IMG/VR virus record: IMGVR_UViG_3300028832_000117
Coordinates: 1-64,000 of that record
Length of the DNA: 64,000 nt
Reading direction: 5' to 3' (one strand)
DNA from: a virus
Lineage: Duplodnaviria > Caudoviricetes
Positions 18,779-27,180 of the stretch are shown here, piece by piece (position 1 is the stretch's first letter; each line of letters opens with the position of its first letter). The notes under the pieces are model-generated. The model ran no database searches. It saw nothing but the letters and a program-made list of their open reading frames with translations, and had not been told where the DNA came from. A program made the position numbers and the translations under genes.

Positions 18779-19051
18779 ATGGACACTAGAATAAAACCAT
18801 GCAAATGGGCGACAGGCGCCCTGGACGCCATACAACTGAAGTGGGGGAAACGCTCTACCGTCTATCGACGGTGTTGCAAAGCTCCAGGAACACAGGACAT
18901 CGGTCCATGCGTATACTGCCAGGAGAACTGGCTGCGCGCGGACAGTACGGCGATGGACGAGCTTTGCCGCGCGTACATAACCTGTCGGGGGGCCTATTCG
19001 GCAGTCAGCCCGACACTGAACCGGATAATCCCGGAACCGAAGATTTCGTAG
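18779..19051 (+). CDS. Cys-rich mini-protein (detached array member 6)
   Basis: AAGGAGG SD; MDTRIKPCKW...CRGAYSAVSPTLNRII. Confidence 0.6.
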   Translation: MDTRIKPCKWATGALDAIQLKWGKRSTVYRRCCKAPGTQDIGPCVYCQENWLRADSTAMDELCRAYITCRGAYSAVSPTLNRIIPEPKIS

Positions 19052-19349
19052 CCTGTGTGCAGGGTGGAAAGCACCGATGGTGCAATACAAGTTCCCGGCA
19101 CAGGCGACCAGACGCCTGCAAAGGCGCCCGTACGGAGTTCGATTCTCCGTCTCGTCTGGATGGCGGGCGTACGGATGTTCTGGCGTATGGACGGCGGCCC
19201 GTCCAGCGAGCACGGCGCATCCGTGTGAAAGACACGTACTCCCGGACTTCCGGCCAGGCGCAAGCCTGTCTCCGGCTGATGTGCCGTCGCGTATGATCGG
19301 AAGTCGTACGCAAACCATTTTCAACCACAAACAAGAAGGAAACAGCGAA

Positions 19350-19685
19350 ATGACCGTAAAGACACGGACCGTCGAGGAGCAGGTCGTCATATGCGACGCC
19401 TGCGGCAAGGAGATGCCGTTCTACGGCGAGTCCAAGGAAGGACGGCTGCTGGAGGCGATCGGAGACACCGGCTACACAAGACACGTGAAACCCGGTGCGA
19501 AGCGCAAAGGCAGCACGTACTCACCGGACGACTGCTGGTGCCTGTGCCATGACTGCCAGCGAAAGCTGGAGAGCGAGCACAGAAGGATAAAGAAAGAAGC
19601 GGACAGGATGCGTGATGAAGCACTGTGCCGCATGGTAAAGCAGCTTCCATCGAGGGAGGCCTCCGGCGGTTTGACTCCGTCATAG
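19350..19685 (+). CDS. zinc-finger protein (CxxC...CxxC) with a coiled-coil tail
   Basis: ICDACGKE and LCHDCQ motifs; AAGGA SD. Confidence 0.65.
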   Translation: MTVKTRTVEEQVVICDACGKEMPFYGESKEGRLLEAIGDTGYTRHVKPGAKRKGSTYSPDDCWCLCHDCQRKLESEHRRIKKEADRMRDEALCRMVKQLPSREASGGLTPS

Positions 19686-20129
19686 GGCGTCCTCGAGGCA
19701 AAACACTTCCTCAGGAAGGCCAGCGCACGGCTCGAGTGCGTGAACAATTGGACCAAGACTGGGTTCCTTGCATCTGTAAAGGTGCTACCAGGGTCCAGCG
19801 GGGTAATGGTTAGGAACATAGTCCCCGTCGCGTTGTGGCAAGTCGCGCCTTGCCTCAGGTACATGCCGGTACCTTGAACGGTAATCCGCTTACCCAGCGG
19901 TGCTTTACTGTACGGCATATTCGATTTAACCATAGGCGCAGGGTCCCGAGGACGCCTGCGTCTCCGCAGGTCATGGTCTAAGGGCCGAAAACGGCCGTGG
20001 CAAGTAATGGATTTGCATGCAGGTCCTAGGCGCCCTGCATGCTGAGCGTCCCCGGGGCGCGAGGTTCCGTTGTTCCGGGTTCGAATCCCGGTGGCCTGCG
20101 GGTTTTGATTTCACCAACAAGGAGGAGAC

Positions 20130-20495
20130 ATGGACAGAAAACTGTATCGAGTGGAGGACCCCACCGGAAAGCACGGGCTGTGGCGGGATTTCGACGGCCG
20201 GTTCAATCCGGTGTTCGACAAACTGAGCGAAGGCCTTGCACGCAGCCTGAACATGGACGATTTGCCAGCCGTATACAAGGCCGACGGCAAGTCATGGTTC
20301 GCAGCTGCTCCGACGAAGGATACGCTGAAGCACTGGTTCTCCCGCAAGGACGTCGAGGAGTTGACGGCCTTGGGCTATGGAGTGTACGAATTCACGGCGA
20401 CGAACTGCCGGGACATCTCGGACTTCGAGACGATCTTTACGCGCGAATCTGTGAAATCCGTCGTTGAACTGACAATCGACGACATATGGAACTAA
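20130..20495 (+). CDS. hypothetical protein directly upstream of the NAD operon
   Basis: AGGAGGAG SD; 121 aa; 10-nt gap to pncB. Confidence 0.75.
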   Translation: MDRKLYRVEDPTGKHGLWRDFDGRFNPVFDKLSEGLARSLNMDDLPAVYKADGKSWFAAAPTKDTLKHWFSRKDVEELTALGYGVYEFTATNCRDISDFETIFTRESVKSVVELTIDDIWN

Positions 20496-20505
20496 AGGAG
20501 GAGAC

Positions 20506-21723
20506 ATGGACCAGATAATAACATCGCTCCTCGAGAACGACATGTACAAGTTCTCGATGGGCCAGTGCATACACAACAGGTTCCCGGAGGACACCGTCAC
20601 ATGGCGGTTCCGATTTCGGAACTGGAAGGAGCTCGGCCCCGTCACAGGCGACATGGTCGCCGAGATACGCAGGCAGGTGGACGCCTACTGCTCTCTGTCG
20701 TTCACCGAGGAGGAGCTGGGGTATCTGCGGTCGATACCGTGGATGAAGTCTGCATACGTGGACTTCCTGAGACTCTGGCATCCGCGCCGCTCCGAGATAT
20801 TCATCAACGAGGACGGCGTCGACGAATGCGGACTCAGGATCTCGGCGAAGGGATCGTGGCTCAATACGAGCATGTACGAGGTCCCTCTTCTCGCAATCGT
20901 GAGTGAGGTGTACCTCAGGATGCGTGATCCAGACGGCTACATGGAGCTCAAGACAAAGGCCATGCTCGAAGGCACCCGCATAGCGGAGAGCGCCTGGCAC
21001 GACCGCGTCGGAGTCTTTTCCGAATTCGGCATGCGCCGCAGGTTCTCGAAGGAACTTCAGGATCATATGGTAGCGACGCTTTCGCTCGGCAAGCGCTCGA
21101 ACGGATTCGTGGGCACCAGCAACGTGGCGCTCGCGAAGAAGTACGGAGTGATACCTGTCGGGACGATGGCGCACGAGTTCGTGATGTGCGCCGGCCAAGG
21201 CCAGCACCATCTCAACCCCGCGTACTCCAACCGCTTCATGATGGAGGCGTGGGAGGCGGAGTACGGCATCAAGAACGGAATAGCGCTTACCGACACGCTC
21301 GGCACGGAGCTGTTCCTCAGGGACTTCGACGAACGCCACGCGACGCTCTTCAGCGGTGTGAGGCACGACTCGGGCGATCCGTACGAATGGGGCACCAAGA
21401 TCCTGAAGCACTACGAGTCGCTCGGAATCGACCCCAAGACGAAGACGCTCCTCTTCAGCGACTCGCTGGACTTCACGAGGGCCCGCAAGCTGCGCTCGTT
21501 CTTCGAGAGCCGCGCGAAGGTGGCCTTCGGGATCGGGACGTTCCTCGCGAACCCGTCGCCCGTCAAGCTGAACATCGTGATGAAGGTCGTCGAATGCAAC
21601 GGCTCGCCCGTCGCGAAGCTCTCGGACACGCCCGGCAAGGGAATGTGCGAAGACGAGGACTACGTGAACTACCTGAAGCGCGCCATCGACTGGCGGCTTG
21701 CGCATGAAGGGAGGAAGGCATGA
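20506..21723 (+). CDS. pncB: nicotinate phosphoribosyltransferase
   Basis: SLLENDMYKFSM, EFGMRRRFS, GTSNV, GTMAHEF (phospho-His motif), LTDTLG, GVRHDSGDP, FSDSLDF, FGIGT, LNIVMKVVECNGSPVAKLSD.PGK. Confidence 0.95.
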   Translation: MDQIITSLLENDMYKFSMGQCIHNRFPEDTVTWRFRFRNWKELGPVTGDMVAEIRRQVDAYCSLSFTEEELGYLRSIPWMKSAYVDFLRLWHPRRSEIFINEDGVDECGLRISAKGSWLNTSMYEVPLLAIVSEVYLRMRDPDGYMELKTKAMLEGTRIAESAWHDRVGVFSEFGMRRRFSKELQDHMVATLSLGKRSNGFVGTSNVALAKKYGVIPVGTMAHEFVMCAGQGQHHLNPAYSNRFMMEAWEAEYGIKNGIALTDTLGTELFLRDFDERHATLFSGVRHDSGDPYEWGTKILKHYESLGIDPKTKTLLFSDSLDFTRARKLRSFFESRAKVAFGIGTFLANPSPVKLNIVMKVVECNGSPVAKLSDTPGKGMCEDEDYVNYLKRAIDWRLAHEGRKA

Positions 21724-22850
21724 CGAAGATAGTGTTCGGAGGAACGTTCGATCCCTGGACGCCGGCGCACGAGGAGATCGTGCGCCGACTCCACCAGAAG
21801 TACGCCGACGACAACGTGCAGATCGAGATCATCCCGTCCTGTGTCGGCTGGCACCGTACGGACAAGCTCCCGCTCTTCACCCTGGACAACAGGGCCATCA
21901 TCATCAGCAAGAGGATCGAGGCGAACCACTGGTGCTATCCTCCGGGGAAGATCGACCTGTGCCTTGAGGAGTACAACTTCGCGAGACTGTGCCCCAAACT
22001 GGCGGATTCACGGGGGTTCATAGACACCCTGCAGAGCCGGATACTGGCGTGGGGACCCAACGTCTCCCACATCAAGTTCGTGATTGGTTCGGACGAGTAC
22101 AAGCTGCTGCCCAAATGGAAAGGCTCCAAAGATCTCCTCAAGATCGCGGAGCCCATCGTCGTGAAGCGCGGAAACGAGCCGCTCCCGATAGGAGTGGAGA
22201 CGCTTGAGCTCGGACCCAACTTCAAGGACATCTCCGCTTCGCTGATACGCAAGGGCATCCTACACCACAGGCTGACGATGGACGACTACGTGAAGGACCG
22301 CGCCATATGGAACCAGACACATGCTCCGGCGGAGCTGCGGCTGCACACCCCGATCTTCGACGTCTACAACATCCCGAGCGACGACCCGAAGTTCCGTCCG
22401 GTGTGCGTAAACGCACCCGACTGGGTGACGGTGATGGTGCAGAAAGCCCGCAAGTTCCTCTGCGTAACGCAGAAGCGCTGGGGCACGAACGACGAACGCA
22501 CCGAGTTCGTAACGGGCATGGCGAATGTAGGCGAACCGCGCGCACGCGCCGCCTACCGAGAGCTCCGGGAGGAGACCGGGCTTTCGTTCCCCGGCCGGAG
22601 CCACGATGCGCTCCAGTACATCGGAAGCGCCCCCGTGAATCCGGCGTTCATGTCGAACCGTATGCACTACTTCTACGTGAACCTTGACGACGCGAAAGCG
22701 AAGCAAGGTGAACAGAAGCTCGACGAACACGAGAAGATAACGCTGTCCTGGGAGGACGAGAAGTTCCTCCGTTCCGACGCGTTCGACGCGCCTGCGCTGA
22801 TGGCGGCGGGCTGGTTTTTCCTGGATAAATTCAGAAAGGTAAACAAATGA
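21720..22850 (+). CDS. nadD: nicotinate-nucleotide adenylyltransferase fused to a C-terminal Nudix hydrolase (ADP-ribose pyrophosphatase-like)
   Basis: FGGTFDPWTPAH, FVIGSD..KLLPKWK, DISASLIR; perfect Nudix box G-MANVG-E-PRARAAY-RELREETGL. Confidence 0.88.
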   Translation: MTKIVFGGTFDPWTPAHEEIVRRLHQKYADDNVQIEIIPSCVGWHRTDKLPLFTLDNRAIIISKRIEANHWCYPPGKIDLCLEEYNFARLCPKLADSRGFIDTLQSRILAWGPNVSHIKFVIGSDEYKLLPKWKGSKDLLKIAEPIVVKRGNEPLPIGVETLELGPNFKDISASLIRKGILHHRLTMDDYVKDRAIWNQTHAPAELRLHTPIFDVYNIPSDDPKFRPVCVNAPDWVTVMVQKARKFLCVTQKRWGTNDERTEFVTGMANVGEPRARAAYRELREETGLSFPGRSHDALQYIGSAPVNPAFMSNRMHYFYVNLDDAKAKQGEQKLDEHEKITLSWEDEKFLRSDAFDAPALMAAGWFFLDKFRKVNK

Positions 22851-23638
22851 TAAACAAATATTCATTCGATCCTGCCGCGGCCGTCGACGCCGTGGTCAGG
22901 CAGTGGAAGGCCTGGGCAGAGGCGAACGGCATGAAGAAGGCCGTTCTCGGCATGTCCGGAGGCTGCGACTCCTACGTGTGCGCCAAGCTCGCCGAGATGG
23001 TGTTCGGCAAGGACAACGTCACCGGCGTGATGATGCCGAACGGAAACCAGACGGACATCGACGACGCCAAGGAGGCGATCGCCAGCATCGGCATCGACTC
23101 GACGACCATCAACATCGCCGAGCCGTACGACACGCTCCTGAACGAGATCGACTTCATGTTCGTGAAGCCGATATCCGAAAGGACGAAGGTCAACCTCGCC
23201 CCGCGCCTCAGGATGTGCACGCTCTACGCGATCGCGCAGTCCCTCGAGAATGCATGTGTCGTGACGACCGGCAACCTCTCGGAGGTCATACTCGGATACA
23301 CTACGATGTGGGGGGACATGGCGGGCGACTACGCTCCCATAGCTCCGTTCACGAAGACCGAAGTCCGTTGGATGGGCATCTTCCTGGGGCTCAAGAAGGA
23401 GCTCGTCATGAAGACGCCGGGCGACGGCCTCTCGGGCAAGACCGACGAGGACGCGTACGGCTTCACGTACGAGGAGTTCGACCAGGCGCTCCGCACGGGC
23501 GGCTGGACCGACAAGTTGGTCCACAGGGCCATTCCGCGTATCAAGGCGAACGCATTCAAACAGCCGGTGCTGCACGCGATAGCCGCACCCGAAACAGACC
23601 TCAAACTGGCAATGCCGGAAAGGACGCTACTCACATGA
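22847..23638 (+). CDS. nadE: NH3-dependent NAD+ synthetase
   Basis: VLGMSGGCDS PP-loop, NLAPRLRM, TGNLSE..LGYTTMWGD, KTPGDGLSGKTDED.YGFTYE; no glutaminase domain. Confidence 0.93.
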   Translation: MINKYSFDPAAAVDAVVRQWKAWAEANGMKKAVLGMSGGCDSYVCAKLAEMVFGKDNVTGVMMPNGNQTDIDDAKEAIASIGIDSTTINIAEPYDTLLNEIDFMFVKPISERTKVNLAPRLRMCTLYAIAQSLENACVVTTGNLSEVILGYTTMWGDMAGDYAPIAPFTKTEVRWMGIFLGLKKELVMKTPGDGLSGKTDEDAYGFTYEEFDQALRTGGWTDKLVHRAIPRIKANAFKQPVLHAIAAPETDLKLAMPERTLLT

Positions 23639-24201
23639 AAGTACTATTGATAGTCGACGCCCAGATGGATTTCACCTCGGGCGCCCTCGGTTCCGCAACC
23701 GCGAAGGAGACAGCCGACCGGCTCGTCGAGTTCGTCAAGAACCGCCGTACGGAATACCAGTGCGTAACCGCGACGCTGGACACGCACAAGGCCGCCGAGT
23801 TCCACACGAAGGAGACGGCCGAGGGCGAAGTCGTCCCGCCGCACTGCATCGCAGGCTCCACGGGGGCCGCGCTGGTCGACGGGCTCGCCCCGTTCGTGGA
23901 CGAGCTTCGCTCCAAGTCGACGTTCATGCTCCGCAGCAAGACGCTGTTCCAGGGTATTGGCGCATGTGCGGACTCGCCGGAGTGCACGATCGATGTCTGC
24001 GGATTCTGCACCGACATTTGTGTCGTCTCGAACGTACTGAAGCTCCGCGCGGAGTTCCCGAAGGCCCGCATCAGGGTATTGTCGGACTTGTGCGCAGGTA
24101 CGACGCCGCAGGCGCACGACGCCGCGATACAGGTCATGAGATCCTGTCTTGTCGGGGCCATCGAGTCCAAGGACGCAAAGGGGGGGGGGGGACGGTCATG
24201 A
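23635..24201 (+). CDS. pncA: nicotinamidase (isochorismatase-family cysteine hydrolase)
   Basis: LLIVDAQMDF, TLDTH, PPHCIAGSTGA, KSTF, GFCTDICV (D-K-C triad); ATGA-coupled to nadE; substrate inferred from context. Confidence 0.85.
   Translation: MKVLLIVDAQMDFTSGALGSATAKETADRLVEFVKNRRTEYQCVTATLDTHKAAEFHTKETAEGEVVPPHCIAGSTGAALVDGLAPFVDELRSKSTFMLRSKTLFQGIGACADSPECTIDVCGFCTDICVVSNVLKLRAEFPKARIRVLSDLCAGTTPQAHDAAIQVMRSCLVGAIESKDAKGGGGRS
24180..24191 (+). repeat. G12 homopolymer at the pncA 3' end / RBS of the next gene
   Basis: AAA-GGGGGGGGGGGG-ACGGTC-ATG. Confidence 0.9.
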
Positions 24202-24734
24202 CATTGATGTACCTTACCGCATGCGACAGTGACGGTCGAGACTACACCATCCTCCTGGATGTGGCTCGCATTGCTACGATCGCGCCATATGCCGAACCGT
24301 CCTCCAGATCTTCGTGGTTCGCCGATCCTGGTTCCCGCCGTCCCGGAAACCGTGAGTACCTTCGGGTAGTCATGGAGCCCGATCGAGAGTATGTGGTGCT
24401 GGCCAGCGAATGGCCGCGCCTCAAACAGATGCTCACGCGCTTGAACGGTGGAGGCTTCAACCGGCTCGGCAACGATACCGACGAGCTGGAGCAACCCAGA
24501 TACCTGTCGTCCGCACCCCGTCCGCGACACGAAGAGAGGGTAGAATCGCGCCCGCCGGAAGTCTACAGACGAGGCGATCCTACTCTGACCGTTGGCGGCC
24601 CGTCCGACGATGCGGTTATGGAGATGGCGGCCGGGACGCTCGAGGCACGCTTACGCAGATGCGCGGAGGCCATCTCCACCGGATATGCCGTCAGCGCAAG
24701 CGAAGGAACGGCGACATGCTCGTCATCAAGATGA
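24198..24734 (+). CDS. hypothetical protein (178 aa)
   Basis: ATGA overlap with the pncA stop. Confidence 0.6.
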   Translation: MTLMYLTACDSDGRDYTILLDVARIATIAPYAEPSSRSSWFADPGSRRPGNREYLRVVMEPDREYVVLASEWPRLKQMLTRLNGGGFNRLGNDTDELEQPRYLSSAPRPRHEERVESRPPEVYRRGDPTLTVGGPSDDAVMEMAAGTLEARLRRCAEAISTGYAVSASEGTATCSSSR

Positions 24735-24964
24735 CCCCGGTGCCCAAGGCCCCCGTCGTGTCCGGCGAGGGCCTGTACGCCGCGGTGCTGTCCACAAACC
24801 GCTCGCACTACGAGGACCTGGGCCTCAAGGTGCGGGCGAAGACAGCCTTGCAGGCCGAAGAGAAACTCCTCTTCTGCTTCAGGCGTGAACTCAAGGGAAA
24901 GACGCTGGACTTCGATCCGGCCAGATTCACGGAAAGGGAGGCGACGGATGAGGCGCAAGACTGA
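24716..24964 (+). CDS. hypothetical protein
   Basis: AAGGA SD; MLVIKMTPV. Confidence 0.55.
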   Translation: MLVIKMTPVPKAPVVSGEGLYAAVLSTNRSHYEDLGLKVRAKTALQAEEKLLFCFRRELKGKTLDFDPARFTEREATDEAQD

Positions 24965-25169
24965 CGAGGAGCTGATGGGTGGGATCCTCGACGAGGTGGT
25001 GAAGTTCTACAGCAACCACCACGTCACGAGGACGACGCTCGACTTCTTCGCGAAGAAGGCGACGCTCGTCATGCAGCGCAAGCTCCCGCTGCGCCGGTTC
25101 TGCATCATGCGGATCCCGGACCCCAAGGAGGACGAGAGATTCCTCTACCGAAGGACGTTTTTCAATTGA
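24948..25169 (+). CDS. hypothetical protein
   Basis: GGAGG SD; MRRKTDEELM. Confidence 0.6.
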   Translation: MRRKTDEELMGGILDEVVKFYSNHHVTRTTLDFFAKKATLVMQRKLPLRRFCIMRIPDPKEDERFLYRRTFFN

Positions 25170-25630
25170 CTCTACGTGACGGTGCCTGAAGGCTACGTGC
25201 TCTACGCGACCTAGGAAGCGCACGAAAGCGAGACCTTAAGCCGGGAGAAAGTCGGCGGGTCCGGCGACGGCCCCGCCTCAAAGAACGCGCGTGAGAGTCG
25301 GCAAGATACCGCATCAGACCTGTGCCGCGCCAGGGTGGTCAGATGCGCCGGACGCGGACGGAGACGGTGGTTCGAATCCACCCCGTGTCTAGAGGAGGGG
25401 GTAGCTTGCTCGCTTGGGCAAAACCCAAGCCAGGTCCCATGCGTCCCTGCCGCCGGAAGACGGCAGGGGCGGAGACAGGGTGGCGCAGCGGTGAGCGCGC
25501 CGTCCGTGTCCGGCTTTTTCGATTTCCGAAGGTTCCGCGTGGAACCCGGAAAACCACGTTTCCCGGGTGGGCAACGTGTTGCGCAACACAAACAACAGGA
25601 CGCCAAGCGTCCGCAAGAAAGGAACAAACA

Positions 25631-26128
25631 ATGAAGGCAAAATACATGGCTAAGCCCGTGTACGAGGAAGTCGAGCTCATAGGCAAGACCTGCAGCGAGA
25701 CGACCACAGGAACCATCGACCGCAAGAAGATCGGTCGTGTGCTGATCACCGAGGCCGCGGGCTTCGAGGACGGCAAGCACGAGGTCGTCAGCGGCGACGG
25801 CACCGTGATCCGCACGGTCACCAAACTCGACGAGACGGTCGGCATCAAGCTCCGCGTGGAGTTCGTCGGCGAGATCAAGTCCCTCTCGACCTACACGGTC
25901 TACAAGGGCTGGACCGCTGCGAACAAGGAGAACCCCGAAGTCATCGACCTCTTCACAAAGGACGAGGACTGCCAGCTCCTCAAGATCGTGAACGTCGCCA
26001 AGCGCATGTCGGACGCCCATCCCGAATGCGACGGTCAGTGGATGATCGTCGACGTCGCGACCAACAAGCGCGTGTTCTTCCGCCCCATCAAGGATGTGGA
26101 CGCGAAGGGCATGATCGTCGGCGAATAA
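25631..26128 (+). CDS. hypothetical protein (165 aa, strong codon bias)
   Basis: AAGGA SD; followed by hairpins. Confidence 0.75.
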   Translation: MKAKYMAKPVYEEVELIGKTCSETTTGTIDRKKIGRVLITEAAGFEDGKHEVVSGDGTVIRTVTKLDETVGIKLRVEFVGEIKSLSTYTVYKGWTAANKENPEVIDLFTKDEDCQLLKIVNVAKRMSDAHPECDGQWMIVDVATNKRVFFRPIKDVDAKGMIVGE

Positions 26129-26213
26129 ACCGCACGGGGTCGTACCCCGAGAGGAGGGCTCGCCTGCCGGCGGGCCTTCTTCCTTACCGAATCTTCCAAC
26201 ATAAAGGAGGGAA

Positions 26214-27167
26214 ATGAAGGGATTTACCAAAATTGAAAGTCCAGAGGACTTGAGGCCGGGTGACGTGCTTTTGCTTCCTCCGGGGATTCGCGCCTTGCAC
26301 GCCACGTCGTCGACGCTTTCGAAGCACGGTCTCTCCAGTGGAGATACCTGTCGTTCAGCGAACGACGCCAGACTGGTGGCCAGGATATTTTCGGCGACGG
26401 GCGAAACCGGTGCGGCCCTTATGGTCAGCACCGCCGATATCGTCGACGTCGCATCGACCACACCGGTCAACCGCGGGGCCAACACGCTCGACGCATATGC
26501 TCCACCGCGAAGGAAGATACGCACCGTATTTGCGCATCTGCTGGATGGTGACATGCTGCCGATGTCCGGGGACGATAAAGGCGCAGCCATCTTGGGCTGC
26601 ATAAAGCCACTCGTAGACGCCGTGTACAAAAGGTTCATGGAGGTAGCGCCGTCAGAGGCGTATTCCGCCATAGAGACGAAAGAGTGGCTGTTGAGAACCC
26701 ACCCCAAAGCTCCGGCGTGGCGTGCGCTCAAGCTTATCATGGAGCCTCCATTCGCGATCGGACCGGAATCGGTCATGTCGGTGGTACCGGTACAACCACT
26801 GGATGTCTCCGAAACACGCACCGCGATCACACGACGGCTGCTCTGCAGCGACAACGTATACAGGCCCAACAGTACGAAGGCGAATACGTTGACGATGGTC
26901 GAGAAGACCGTGCTGCATTTGATTTCACACGGCATGGAGATCCACCGTCCCGACTCGGACACGTGGGCGCTCCTGGCCGAAAAGGTGCTTGAACGCCACG
27001 CAAGACAGGCCGTAAAGCAGATACTCAAAACCCAGAAGACCATCGCGGACTTCACCGAGGCGATGAAAGCCGATCTCGAGAAATTCCACAAGATGGCGGG
27101 CTGGTGGGAAGGGCGCTCGGCGGAACTGGCCGCCAAGAGGTCTTACGTCAAATCACCATACAGGTAA
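26214..27167 (+). CDS. hypothetical protein
   Basis: AAGGAGG SD; 317 aa. Confidence 0.7.
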   Translation: MKGFTKIESPEDLRPGDVLLLPPGIRALHATSSTLSKHGLSSGDTCRSANDARLVARIFSATGETGAALMVSTADIVDVASTTPVNRGANTLDAYAPPRRKIRTVFAHLLDGDMLPMSGDDKGAAILGCIKPLVDAVYKRFMEVAPSEAYSAIETKEWLLRTHPKAPAWRALKLIMEPPFAIGPESVMSVVPVQPLDVSETRTAITRRLLCSDNVYRPNSTKANTLTMVEKTVLHLISHGMEIHRPDSDTWALLAEKVLERHARQAVKQILKTQKTIADFTEAMKADLEKFHKMAGWWEGRSAELAAKRSYVKSPYR

Positions 27168-27180
27168 GAAAGGCTTAAAG

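Noticed and set aside
21720-22300. CoaD (phosphopantetheine adenylyltransferase) call
   Set aside because: The GTFDPxT start is CoaD-like, but the downstream IGSD/W/ISAS motifs and operon context favour NadD
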